Source: the human T2T-CHM13v2.0 reference genome, Homo sapiens. From it: DNA of 64,000 bases. The notes below the pieces were generated by a model, which was given only the letters and a program-made list of their open reading frames with translations, was not told the DNA's origin and did not search any database. The stretch lies in assembly GCF_009914755.1 (NCBI RefSeq), contig NC_060926.1; one strand, written 5' to 3'. Shown here in pieces: positions 14,301 to 28,009 of the stretch; position 1 is the stretch's first letter, and every line of letters begins with the position of its first letter. The position numbers were made by a program, and so were the translations under genes.

Positions 14301-15294
14301 GACACGGTCCTGTGACTTAGTTAGGGGAGTGCCAAAGGCTTTTTGTAGAGGGGGGCTAGTGAGTAGAGACACAGTGTTGTGGCTGTATTTAGAAAATACA
14401 ATTTGCCACATGATCTAAGGTTCACTTTTAGCTCTGTGACCTATCATTCTTTCCTTGAGTTCAGTAGGAACATTTCTTGTCTGGCACAGCTGCCTCCGGT
14501 TTGGTACTTTTTAATTAAGTGCGAAAATAAGTTCCACCGTATCTGTTCTCCCTGGGGTGTCGGGATGTCCAGCTTCCACCGGCCTCATGGGCAGAGGAAG
14601 CAGCAGCCAGGGCAGGGCCAGGTGTGCCCGTACAGGACTGGCAGCCCAAGGCAAGGGGTCAGGGCTCTACTCCCACAGACAGAGCCCTGCACTTTTGTCT
14701 CCTCATTTTTAAAAAATGAATTAAATGATCATTTTCTTAATGTTAGAAAGGAGGGAATGAACCCCCTTGTGAACCTGCTAAAAGCCAATTATCCACACTG
14801 CTCTTAACTTTGCAATTCTACGGGTTTCGCAGACCCCCAAAACCATCCACAGACCACTGATGAAGACCCCGGGACTCACTGCCCTCAGAGCCTTCATACG
14901 GCAGCACCTAACCCACCTGCAGCACGAGGATCTCCCTGGAGCTCTTGCTCCAGCCCAGCCCGGTTTTGCTGACAGCCCCTCTGCAGCCCAGTGGTATGCA
15001 GGTGACATGTCCCCTGAGGCCACGCGTCATCACAGCCTGAGGGAAGCAGTGGTTTCAACCCTGCTGTGGGTTGAGGACAATTGTCTAGAGGAAAGGACCC
15101 CATCCTGGCACTTCTCCTTTAGCTGAGAGGTGATACTTTCTTTTCCAACATAGTGAGAAAGCAACACTTGCATATCAACCACATTAAGACATCTGCTTTC
15201 AGAAAAGAAGGCGTTGTGCCCAACATCTGCATGGCACCAAACATCTGTACTGTAGCCTTGTTGATGACCAGAGCAGGCAAGGCGGCATCTCCCA

Positions 15295-15450
15295 GGTGCC
15301 CAGCACTTGAGCCCCATGTTTGATCCCCACAGCCACCCTCTATGACAGGTGCTGTCGCTATCCCCAGTTTACAGATGGGAGAACTGAACAGAAGACATAA
15401 GGCATTTGTTCAAGGGTGCATGGCTGGTGAGTAGTGAAGCCAGCTAAGAT
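15295..15450. mobile_element. MIR
   Basis: atccccagtttacagatgggagaactga...ttgttcaagg core. Confidence 0.7.
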
Positions 15451-16734
15451 GGCCATGAGGCTGAGAAAAAGAGAGTAATAAGGAGAGGAGTCCAGATGCC
15501 AGCCCCTGTTAGTCCTGAGGGTGCCAAGGTCATAGGGAGGTGACATCAGACTGGCTGAATTAGTGTCTCAGGGGGCAGCCAACACTTGTCACTCAGGAAG
15601 TCTCGCAGGGTAGAGGTCATCCCGAGCAGCCATGGGGTGCTCTCTGCTGCCCTGTGGGAGGAGGAGGAGGAGGATGGAGACGAACAATGCTGTACTGGCA
15701 TGTGGAGGGGTGGAGCACACTGGGTACAGGCTCCTAACCTCTGTCTTGGCCTCATTCCCCTCCTCTCCTCCTGGATCCCCTGGGCTCACCTGGCTGCTTG
15801 CCTGGGCACAGGGACCTGGGACATTATGACCTCCGGCTCTCTCTAGCTGGGACCTCATGGAGGGCGGTTCGCTGTTCTCTAGCTTGGAGCTTGGGGCATC
15901 TGTGGATGGTTTGATTTGTGTGGTTTCTGTCTTAAAAGAATGTCTAGAAGAAGCGGCAGATAAAAGGCCTGGAGCTCACTGGAGAGTTGGGTTTGAGATA
16001 CTTCAGCCATGGAAGGGAGAACTGAAGAGCCAAGCTGTGTCATTGCTTCAGGCAAGAGGACACCGATAGGGAAACAGAGGGACAGGCAGCCTGAGGGCAT
16101 TTCTCACCTGCTGCTGCCAAAAAGAATCTGACAGCTGTTCAGAAAGGCAGGAGAAGAAACCCTAAGACGTGTCAAGAAATCCATGAGAGGGGAACATCTC
16201 AATGGAGAGGTGAGGGGGAGGCCGGGGCCCTGCAGACGTCAGGTTGGGTGGCGAGGGTCCCCCCACACAGGTCTCTCTGTGCTCAAGCTCCAGTCACCAT
16301 GCTGTCACCACAGTTGCTGTGTCTGCTGGCAGCTGGAGGGTGCACCTGTGCCTTCCACTCAGCAAACTGAGTTTGAGCAAATACGGAAAAACAAGTTTAT
16401 TGCGGCTATGCTTCTGGCAGCGTTCCTGCCCACAGGCCAGAGACTGGTGTATTTCCTCCAGTTTGGAGCTTCTGGTATGTTCTCGGTGACTGGTCAAGGC
16501 TGGGCTATTTCAGGACTTGGAGAACCTCCTCGGCCTGTTATTGCTCGGGAAGTTTCCAGAAGGCTGTAGATGCGTAGCTGGCTGTCCAGTCCCATTGCAT
16601 CTTCCCTCTTGAGCAAATAGCTAAACGTGCGCTTCATCCCTCCACTCAGGCTGTGCTAATAGGAAACCAAAGCGGCCAAGGGGCTGGACATGTGGATGGA
16701 GGGCTCTGCCTCGCAGCACCTCCAAAACAGTTGC

Positions 16735-17450
16735 CACTTACAGAGAGCACACTAAGTGCAGACGCTGTGCTGTGTGCTCTGCAAATGTCACTCCTCGGCC
16801 TCCCCTCTGCACCGAGACAACTGCTACCATGAGAATCCTGTCTTGAGGAAGCCCAGAGGGGCAAGGTGCCTGCCCAGGTCACAAGGTTGATGAGCAATTG
16901 GCCAAGTCACTGTTTTATCACCACGGAATCACTGCTGGAGTTTGGTAATGGTCGTTGTATGTGAATGCCTCTGTGCTCCCCTACAAAATGACTGAAGCAG
17001 ACTCAGACCTCAACGGTGCATTCTAGGGATGCCTTCCAGTTACTGAATGGCGTACTGGGGTTATGTGCATTGCCTTGCTTAATTTTCACGATAAGGCAGT
17101 AGAGCCACAGTTAAAATTTGGCCTCAGCAAGTCCCGGGTTCGAATGCGGCTTGTGCAGCTTTTGAGTTGATTACCCTGTGTCTCTTGTTCAGCATCTCAG
17201 AGCCTGTTTTTTCTTCAGGGCTGCTTTGAGAATTCAGTGAATGAATGTATGGGCAAGACTTAGGACAGTGCCCGGCTCATAGTCAGCTCTCAAGAAATAG
17301 GTCTCAGCATAGTAATAATTATCATTATATTTAGATAATTATGTAGTCCGTTTTACACATGAGGGAAGTGGGGCTAAGAGCAGTTCAGGAACTTGTTCAA
17401 GATCAGCCAACTAATAAATACCAGGGACACCCAGCTCCATCTGTTGCCAA
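16735..17450. mobile_element. Cluster of MIR fragments (about 16735-16900, 17095-17300, 17345-17450)
   Basis: tgcccaggtcaca, ttttacacatgagggaag, and cttaggacagtgcccggc cores. Confidence 0.6.
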
Positions 17451-19093
17451 AGCTGTCGCAGCATCACGCACTTCCCGCAGAACACCGTGCTGTGGCTGTT
17501 TATCTTCTTGAAGTTCCTCAGGGAGTCAGTCTCTTTTGTTTCAGGAGCTCCCTGACACCGTGGTGAACTTGGCCGGTCATCCAAACCCACTCCCGCGCCC
17601 AGCCCGGGGCCATGACCCCTAAGAGGGGGAGAGCAGTGTTCATTTTGCTCTTCACCATCGTTTTGAGTGCTGTAAATGGTAATAATCCTGATGCCCAGGG
17701 CTCAGCTTCCAAGAACAAGGATGCCCTCAGCTCCCTGTCCCTGCCGGCGCCTCCGGCTGCTTCCTCTCCTGCAGGAGGAAGGGCAGGGAACAACTGCTTC
17801 ACCACTGATAACAGCAAGAGAGCAACACGATGCGGCGGTCACGTCTTCCACCAAAAACAAGCTAGAGAAGCACAATAGCTCAGCACTTCACTGGCTGCTG
17901 CCTCCCGTTCCCTGCTATTTTCATGAACCAATTTTCTTTATCTTCTGTCTTTGGCAAGGGCAGCATTTTTGAAGATGCATGTTAATGTTTAAAATACCCA
18001 ATAGCTGGTGCACAATTTTTCTGTTTCTTTTAATTATCTCGTTCACTTTTTCCTCTGTATTCATTGTAGATCTTCTATTCCTCTGCCCTCTCTAAAAATG
18101 CGTTGCATATTTATATTGTTATAAACCCTCCTGTGCTCTTCCAGTAACTGTTCTCAGCATAACCAGAGAGGTGCCCTTTCCCCACTAAAATTTTAACAGA
18201 GCACAGCTTTTAATTACCTTTTCCCCATCTCCGACAGGAAAATTTCCGAACATAAAATAATAATCAAAAAACTTCCAAGTATAACTTGCAACCCGAGAGC
18301 CAGACTCAACAAAGATAAGTCCCCGTTTCTTTCTTCTGAATATCTAAAGTTTCCTGCAAGCCCCAGTGGTGCCTCTCACATGTCCCAGGCCTCTGGCCAG
18401 GTTCCAGCCTCACTCACTGCTTGCTAGATGTCCCACTGGAGCGTATGCTCTCGGTGCCCAGCAAGAAAAGGTGCTCCCTTCTCTGAGCCAGGCCTCCCCG
18501 CAAGACCTTGGCACCTTCCGCCTGTTTTCCTGACTGCCTGTGGGTTGAGGTGGCATATGAGAACTACTTGACTGTCTTTTAAAACTCATGTTGCTTCCTT
18601 TGACTTCCTATCTGCTGTGTCGGCCAAAATACTGTTATTCAACAGATTGCTAGAGGGTGGGAATTGGCATAGAGTTTGGTATAAAGTCAAGGCTGGACAC
18701 ACAAAGGAGTCCCTGGCCATGCAGGCACAGAGCACATTCTTGTGGCTGTCACCCAGCTGTGCCACATGAGGTCACAGTCCTTCGACCTGCTGTCTCCATG
18801 CCTGTCCCCTCCCCAGGCTGCAGGCGCTGGGGTTGCCTTCCCTGTAAACTCCTCCTGTGACTGTCCCCATCAGCAGCCCCACCATCCCCTGCTTAGCTGG
18901 CTTGGCTCCTCAGAAGCACCTCTGCAGCCAGGGCCACATCCTGCTGACTGCATGGCCTTCAAGCCCCCCACAACCCCCGCCATCCCTGTGCCTCCACCTC
19001 TATCTCAGCTCCTTGGATGCTCCCAGCGTCCACCAGACAACCCCAGCCTCCTCAGTTGGCCCTAGAGGCACCAAGGTGTGCCATCCTCTGGCC

Positions 19094-19396
<303 letters not shown>

Positions 19397-21269
19397 ATCC
19401 CACTGCCTTTCTTACCTCACCAGGCACCTCGACCCTTGGCCCATCCACACTCTGGCCCGCACCTGCTTTTTGCTAGATTTACCTGTTCCACACCTCTGAC
19501 CACTCCCTTGGCCACATCACTCACCAGCCCAGGCCTTTTCATTATCCCTATATCAGCCCAGCTCTTGAGGCCCGCCCCCTCCTGTGGAGTTACCTCCTGC
19601 CCTATCAGCTAATCAACAGCAAAGCTTCCCTGGTCCATCATATCTAGTACCATTGTTTCAAAACAACATTGCAACTTTCTCCTTTTTATTTTTCCCCTCT
19701 TAAATTAAAAAGAAACTCACAAGTGATGCAATAAATCAAATAACAGAAAAGGGTATAACAAAACTGAAGTACTGCCCTGTCTCCCTCTGACCCTGCCTGC
19801 CCTGAGACCTGGTATCAACAGTCGAGGCCCTGTTTATTTCTGTGCTTTCCTGGGACTGTCTGCAGGTGCTCCCAGGCCTCTGAGGATCCACTTGTGTCTG
19901 AACATCTCTACCCAGTGACAACTATCTCCCCAGTCTCAGGTCACAAAAACATCTTTGTGTGTACCTGGTGGAGTTAAAGTGTACGATTGTGTTCAATCCT
20001 TTATTCCCAAAGCTGGTGAGTTTTTACCTCCCCTTCTGGTGCTGAAAATAGTACGTAACCCATCAGCGTGTGCAGCGCAGCATGTGCAGGGTTCTGCAGA
20101 TTGAGGTTCTCATGGGTTATCATGGCTAACTTTGCAAATTGAGTCCCTTTCTATCTGCTTCCCATGGTACCTGACCCAGCGTTTGGTGTGTGCCCAACCA
20201 ATGCAAACTGATCTTAAATATTGCCTGAGGCAAAGAGAATTAAGACGGGAAATCTGTTTGAAAGAAGTGGTGGGACAGCCACCTGTCTCCACATGGCTTA
20301 ATCAAGAAGGTAACTGAATAAATGTGCACTTACGGGTCACATGTACAGGTTTACTTCATTTTCATGAAATGACTTGTATCTCTGTTTAATGTTGCTTTTT
20401 GCAAATCAAATTGTATTCCCTTTGGCTCCTTAAAATTTCAGAGACAATTTTCCATAACTTTTAATTGACCTTTAACTGGCACTGAATCTTAATTTAAGCT
20501 TTCAATTGCTTTTGCCAAGTTTTTATACTAATGTTCTACTAAACAGTTAAGGCCCCTAGAGGAGCCCCCATCTTAATCATAACAAAAAAATCTATTACTT
20601 TACCATTTGTATAATGTTTTATAGTTTTCCTGTATAGAGTGTAGTATGAATAAACGCCTTCAAAATTCTCCTTTTTAAATATCAGATTTCTAGATGATTC
20701 TTTAAAGTGGAGTACCACTTGATTTCAGGCTTCAGGCTGTGTGTGTGACTGTGAGTGTGTAAGCACACAAACACACATGGCTTTTTCTGGATATAACTCA
20801 TAAGCTCTCCCTTCTGTAACATGTCAGTGTTCCGTGCCTGGGCACAGGGATGCTTTCACACCTAGATCTTGAGAGCCAGGGCTGCAGCACAGCCTCATCG
20901 CAAGCCTCCAGTCCCTGGCCCTCCCTGGCCCTTGATCTCCTACACACCTACCAGCACCTGGCTTCTCACCTTCTGTCTGGGAAGGTGGGGGCTCACCTGG
21001 AGCCAGCCAGACAGCTCAGGTCCACAGAATCAGTGTGTGCGCTCCAGCCAGAAGTCCAGCACTGTAGGGCCCTGCTTTCAACCCATGTGTGTCCCTGGCT
21101 GGGGGCACTGAGTAGGTGTTAGTAACCCTCAATAACCTTTCTTCACCTTCCCAAGGAGCTGACCCCTTCTCTGTGTCTTGACATTACTCTTTGTCGTCTG
21201 GAAATCACTTACCGAGTTGCATGACGACCATTGGCTTCTGATTGATCACTTCCTATGTTCTGTATCAGA

Positions 21270-21385
21270 ATCATTTTTTGGTCCTCATTTCAGACCCACA
21301 GAAGCAAAATCTTTGGGGGTGGGGCCCACATTTTACATTTTGTGGAACTCCCTGATTGTTTCTTTGTATACAGAGTTGGAGAGCT
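21270..21385. mobile_element. MER5-like hAT fragment
   Basis: cagacccacagaagcaaaatctttgggggtggggccca...aactccct. Confidence 0.55.
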
Positions 21386-22847
21386 GAGAGACCCTCAGTG
21401 GTTCGGGTGCTCTCCCAAGGCAAGGCAGGTGGAGGTCTTGGATAGGAATCTCATTTTATTTATTTGACAAAAATATATTGGGAACTAACTAGGTCCTAGG
21501 TATTTCGTAAACTATTTAATATTCAGAGATGAGTAAACACATTATAAAAACAGCAACATAATCACCAGATATTGATGAGATGCATTAGTCCTTTAAAAGC
21601 GCTCCTATAGCTGTCATCTCAGCAGCTCAGCGAGGCAGGTGGTACCCTTCCAAAGGTGCAGAAACAAAACGCAGGTGGTGGGGATGCAGAGCCGGGCCTT
21701 CACCACACCTGCAGAGTTTGCACCCAGCAGTGTGGTTGGCGCAGGATGTGTTAGAGGAAGGGGAGGGGGAAGCTGGGCAGGCTGAGGGCACTGGGTGGTG
21801 GGGAGGGCCTTCCAGAAGAGAGACATCCCAGCAGGGCGACAGCAGCCCATCACTTCCATGGAGGAAGGACCAGTGCACCTTTCTCGGCAGATCTGTCTCC
21901 CGCCCAGGCCAGGATGTTTCAGAGCAAACGAGACGTTTTGTTCCTAACAGATCCGGCTGTTTGGTTTTCTCCCTGTGAGGCTGAACTGATTGGAGCCTGG
22001 CCATCCAGAAGGGTCATTGGAATGGAAAGTGATCCCCCCAACAGAGAGGAGTGCAGGCCACAGATGGAAACAGCAGAGTGCTAGGGGGAACGTTTGCAGA
22101 AGAAGGCAGTCAGGAAAACGTAACAGGGATGCCAAATCCACATCCCACTGGGCTCCTGAACATTGCTTGCTTACTCCCAGTCCCAGGAGAAACCCAGCAA
22201 ATCCATCTTTCCTTAACATAATCTTTCAGCCCAGATCAGCCCTAAATTGTGTCCTCTAAAACCTCTTCTCCTCCCACGGTGTTGTCCCCCAAATCAGTCT
22301 ATGAGCCTCTCCCCGAGTACATGCCAACTGTCCATTGGCTATTCTTTCCTGCCTCACACGGGACGACCACCAGGGAAGTGCCTAGACCGTCTACCTCCAT
22401 ATTCCATGGATTCCGTGAGCATGACGATTGTTAGTACTGGGAATTCCACAGCGATTGGTAATAACTGATGCTTAAGGCATTAGCAGAATTCTGTCCTGGA
22501 AGGCGGACGTTTTGGAGAGGGTTTTCTAGCCATGACATCAGCGTTTTTCCAAGTTAATTAAGTGTTTAGTTTATTTAATCCTGGAGAATTGAGACAGGAA
22601 AATTATCCATCACATTTACGCACCCCACCCTTTCCAAAGCAGACAGCTAAGGTTGGGCCTGACTGCATATACTCTCAGCAGCTGGGCAGTGAGGCAGCAG
22701 GGCCTCAGCGTCTCCAGCTCCACCATACCCCACGTCCAGGCCCACAGGGCCCAAGGTGCCCTGGGAGCAAGAATCTGCCCACCGAGTCCCTCTCTACTCA
22801 GGGGCCAGAAGGGCTCTCCCCGACGGGCCCAAGAGCCCTCAGCTGGA

Positions 22848-22990
22848 CTCAGTTCATTCAGCAAACAAGTGTTGAATGCCTGTTGTGTTCTCAGCACCGT
22901 GCTAGGCGCTGGTGGGGATACTGCAGTGAACAAAACAAACACGACCCCTGTACTTCCAAAGCTTTGATTCTAGAGGGGAGCCTAGACGGG
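22848..22990 (-). mobile_element. L2 3' end
   Basis: ttcattcagcaaaca..tgttgaatgcct...gtgctaggcgctgg..gatactgcagtgaacaaaaca. Confidence 0.8.
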
Positions 22991-23214
22991 GATGAACAGC
23001 CACCAGGCCCCTTCATGGTGAAGAGGAAACAGAAGTGGGCAGAGAAAGGCTAATTCCTTTTCCTTTGGACAACGCAAGGCCACCCAGGTCTCCTGCCTGC
23101 CAGGAGGGGAGGAGCGGCCAGCAGCCCCAGAGCCTGCAGAGTGGGCTCCGCCGGGACACCTGGGGCAGGCCTGGCTTCTGTCCCCGCATCCTGGCCTGCT
23201 GTCCTTGTGACCTA

Positions 23215-23420
23215 GGGATCCCAGCCTTAGCACTGATGACATTTGAGGCCAGATAACCCTGCCATGGGGGGTTCCCTTGCATTGGAGTATGTTTACCAAC
23301 ATCCCTGGGATCTGCCCACCAGATGCCAGCAGCACCCCTGAGTTGTGACAGCCCAGATGTCTTCAGACATTGCCACCTGTCCCCTGGAGGCAAGGTCACC
23401 CTCTCATCAAGAACTCTTGC
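23215..23420. mobile_element. MER20
   Basis: ccttagcactgatgacattt..gccagataa...catccctgg...ccagatgccagcagcaccc...gacattgcca. Confidence 0.8.
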
Positions 23421-24722
23421 TGTGGGTTCAGGCCTCCTGGGGAGCCAGTTCCCACCCCAGGTACTGCAGTTCTTTCCTTCCTGGCCTGCGGAGGGGCTGA
23501 CGGGCCCAGCTGCAGGGTCTCCCATCCCCAGGCCTTATGCCCTGCCTACATCGTGGCCTGAACAAGCCTCCTCACTCCCTGCCCCCAGGCACCCCACTCA
23601 GATCCCAGGGTTCTGCCCCCGACCCCTCACGGTTTCTTCTTTTCCTTTCTAGTTTCTACCCAAGCAGTTCCCGATGTGTGTTCCTGGGAACACTCTCCCT
23701 CAAGTTGTGCCGCCAACAAGAGTTCTCTGAGAACTAGACTCGGGAAACACCACACTTTGAGCTGCCAGCACATGAAGGGCTGCAACGAAATCCATGTCTA
23801 ACTGATTGCTCTAGGCTGTTTCCTATTGCTCACAACCTCCAGGGCCTGGCACGGTGCACAAGACCTTCAGGAAGTTATTGGAGGGAGAGTGAGGCAGAGG
23901 GGAGATAGGCCGGGAGGCTGCAAGCCCAGTAGCGGAGTCAGGTATCTGGATCCCCGTGCTGCATGGCTCAGAGCTGGGCCGCCTCTTCCTCCTGAAATCA
24001 CCCAGAACTCCCCATGGACTGTCAGTACAGAGCCTGAAAGCAGGAACAGCTGACCTCCAGGATGAGTCCAGCCTTGGAGGAAACACATTGAGAAAAGTGG
24101 GGAGCGAAGGCCGAGACTCAGGCAGTGGAGTTGGAGGCTGGGATCCACACTTGCCCAGGGCACACCTTCATTATATCTCTTTCCCTCTCTATTGCATAAG
24201 CAGCAGTGCCTGGGGCACAGGCTCTGAATGCAGTGGGATTAATGAATACAGTGGAACAAATGTTGGTCACCAAGGGTGATGGGGATGGTCCCTTTAGACA
24301 CCTTATCGGGTGGAGACCCTTCACCGGGCACTAAGCAGTATCCCACAGCCACAGGCCCCCAGACCCTGGTACAGCTGCAACAACAATCCAGGCATGTGGC
24401 CTGGGGGGACTTGGCTGGGGCCGGAGCAGTTGTGCTCTTAGACAACCAGACCCCAGCGTGGCTTGGGCCTCACGGAAAGTCCCATCAGGAACCGTGTCAC
24501 CTGTCCTACAAAGTCCACTTAGAAGAGCTGGGGGAGGAGAAAGCAGATGACATTGACTGCTGGTTCCTCTACACAGACAATGACGTTGCCAGGCTTGGCC
24601 AGGGTCCCGTGACAGAGAGGGCTGTGTTGTCGGGGATGGCCCGTCAGCAGCATCCTTCTCTGAGAATGGCATCACTGGCCTGCCCTGGGGGCCTCGGGGC
24701 CTATTTTGGACATTTCTGCTAG

Positions 24723-25071
<349 letters not shown>

Positions 25072-25194
25072 TGAGCTCTTGGTCTTAGCTTTGTTTTCCT
25101 CCTCTGAGCCACTTTACAAGGTTATCTTTAAAGTTTCCTGATGGAACCATTCTCCATGGGTCTCTCACCCTTCTACCCATCTTACAACTGAGAT

Positions 25195-25206
25195 GCCATC
25201 TGCTGG
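25195..25206 (-). promoter_or_regulatory. Candidate CTCF core motif CCAGCAGATGGC
   Basis: 12/12 match to CCASYAGRKGGC. Motif match only. Confidence 0.45.
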
Positions 25207-25634
25207 CCTATCTTTTCAAGATGTCCATGTAGGCACCAGCCTTGGAAAATAGAAATAATGTCAGTCTTCAAAGCAAAGAGCAGGCATGCTTACTGCTTGA
25301 CTCCGGAGCAGAGGGCCAGCATCCTCACAGTCCAGTAGAGAGGATTTGGTGTCCCGAAGCTCCAGGTCCTCTGCTTTAACACAGCCTGGTGTGCCTGCAA
25401 GCGTCACCTGGCCCTCACTGGTTCACCCGTGGGAACTGGGGTTCAGGGAACTGGTGCAAGAAAATGCTGGTACTCTGGCTACTGCTGTTGCTGTGAGTGG
25501 TAAAGTCTTTTGTCTGAAAAAATAAGAAATTTAAAAATAAAGTTCCACATAGGAAGATGCATTCCCCTCTCTCTGACAGCAAGGGCATTGGGAAGCATTC
25601 ACCTGTTTGGTTTCCATCTTGTGTGTCTCCCCAG

Positions 25635-25966
25635 AAAGAGAAGAAGAGTGGGCTCCTGAAGCTTCTAGCCGGAGCATCCACCAAGAAGAAGTCACGCTCC
25701 CCGCCATCTGTGTCTCCAACCCACGACCCCCAGGTGGCCGTGGACGCCCTGCTCCAAGGTGCAGTGGGCCCCGAAGTGTCCTCACTGTCCATCCACGGCA
25801 GGGCAGGGTCCTGCCCCATAGAGAGCGAGATGCAGGGTGCCATGGGGATGGAGCCTCTGCACAGGAAGGCAGGCTCCTTGGATCTAAACTTCACATCTCC
25901 TTCCCGGCAAGCTCCGCTGTCCATGGCTGCCATCCGCCCCGAGCCCAAGCTGTTGCCCAGAGAGAG
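25635..25966 (+). CDS. SH3RF3: SH3RF3 penultimate coding exon (332 nt, phase 0 to phase 2): KEKKSGLLKLLAGASTKKKSRSPP...RKAGSLDLNF...EPKLLPRE(R)
   Basis: Acceptor tgtgtctccccag|AAA at 25634/25635 and donor AG|gtaagt at 25966/25967. It lies within ORF 25557-25970. The KEKK-GLLKLL and RKAGSLD motifs are typical of POSH/SH3RF proteins. Confidence 0.95.
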
Positions 25967-27044
25967 GTAAGTGCAGGGGCTTGTCTGCTCTGTGGCATGC
26001 TGTGGTTTGGCCTCTGAGGTCTGGAGCCACCTTCGGGGAGCAGGGACACTGTGGCCTTGCTGGGATTAGGTTTACCAGATGTACCTCAACACCCAGATCC
26101 ACATGGTCCCGAGCTTGGGTGGTGAGTGCTGGATGAAACGAGTCTGGGAACTGGAGTGTTATTTCATGTTCTGCATCCATCTGATTCCTGAGTTTGGGAT
26201 TGCAAAGGAGCCATCAGGAAATGTGTCAGGACCAAGTGTTTCTGAGTGCAAATAGTGGGAGACTAGGCAGTGAGTGGTCTGTGCCCCCTCAACCCTGGGG
26301 GATCCTGGAGCAGGCCCCTGGGCTGAGTCCCCAGTGGGCCTATGTGTCCCACTCAGGGAGCAGCTCTTCCCTCGCAAGCCTCAACCCACTCGGCGTCTTA
26401 GAATTGTGATGTTACTCAAGACGGCTTCAAGTCTATATCCCTTGAATTATCATGGCTTCAAGGGTATATAGTCCGTCAGACTGAACCCTTTGAAATTGCC
26501 CATATTCATTCATTTCGATGCTTACTAGCAACTTCACATAGTTCAGCCTAGGTTTTTACCGATCTGGAAACTGAGTCTGGTTGAGGCAACATGGCCCACT
26601 AAGGCTGTGGGCTGTGGGGCTGCAGGTGCTTGGGTTTCACCTGGGGCTAGAGGCGTACCTGGCTTGGATCCCCCTGTGTGAGTTATCCATCCTAAAAGGG
26701 CTCTCAGGTAAAAGCTGGAGGCATCACAGAGAGATACGATGGCTGTCAGGTTAGGATGGTAGAAAGATATGATCCTTACTGAGTGCCTACACATTGTAAC
26801 ATTGCTGAAATAATAAAACACAAACAACCTCCCAAAAAGACAGTCCTGGTGTTTCTGCCAGAACCTTTCCTCCCTTGGCCGTTCGGGTGCCTGCAACCCG
26901 GGAAGGCAGCCTCTGCCCTGAACACCTGCTGCCCTCCCAGACGCCATTCCCAGTGCCAGGTGGGGAATGAGACGGGGTCTATCTAGATCAGAGGTCTAGT
27001 TTTCTATCCTCACATATTCTTCTGTATAGTTTTCTAGCTTCACA

Positions 27045-27336
27045 GGTTCTTCGTCAAGGGCCAGATGGTAAACACTGCAGATGTTGCAGTCCTGCTGTGT
27101 CTGTGGTGACCACGTCCTCTGCCTTCACGGTGGAAGCGTGGCCACACACTGTATGTAGATGAATGGGCCGGTGTCCCAGTAAACCCCTACTTGTGGACAC
27201 TGAAATTTAAATTTCGTACAATTTTCGTAGGTCATGAAATAGTCTTCTGATTTCTTTTTCAACCATTTCAAAATGTGACAACATTCACAGCTCTAAGACT
27301 ACACAAATTAGCCGCAGGCGCAGTTTGCCAGCCCTG
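27045..27336. mobile_element. MER58B-like hAT element
   Basis: aagggccagatggtaaac...ggacactgaaatttaaatttc...tttttcaaccattt.aaaatgtga...gtttgccagccctg. Confidence 0.8.
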
Positions 27337-27559
27337 ACAGAGATGATGCCTAGCGCCAAGCCTATGGGGCTAGGCCTGGGGCTCCAGAGTGGACAGGGCT
27401 CTCTGCAGAACCCGCAGCTACTGACTTCTGCTAACCAGTGAGAACGGAAGTCGCATGTACACCTGCTGTTAGCATCACAAGAGCTGGGTGTTCTGCACAG
27501 GGGTGACGTTCAGAACACTCAGCAGTGGGCATGGATTCCGGCTACGCATGCCCAGGACA

Positions 27560-27770
27560 GCCAGGCCCTGCCTTCTATGTTTCCCCAAGCGCTACATGTG
27601 TGTAGTCTCAGTGAACCTTCCCACGAACCCTATGAAATCAGTTATCCTCGTTTTACAGATGAGGAAACCGAGGTTTTGTAAAAGGCTAGGTAACTGGCCC
27701 AAGATCACACAGCTAGTTAGTGGCCAAGCCAGAGATTCAGCTGAGGACTTTCTGACCTCATGGCCCACGC
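27560..27770. mobile_element. MIR
   Basis: atcctcgttttacagatgaggaaaccgagg...cccaagatcacacagctagt. Confidence 0.8.
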
Positions 27771-28009
27771 CCTGAGCTACCTCTCTGTAGGGTGCGCAGT
27801 CAGCAGCACCCCCAGTCCTGTGTAGTCACAGGGCCTATTATCAGCTTGTGGACATCGTGGGACATGTCACAGCTCCTCCAGGGGCTGCACCATTGTTGGG
27901 TCCTGCAGATCCATCAGCACTGCCATGCCAGTCCCAGCCCCTACAGCCACACCCACAGGGAGAAGTGCCTTCCCCTCTACAGGGCCCCAGGCCCTTGGGG
28001 GACTGGGTT

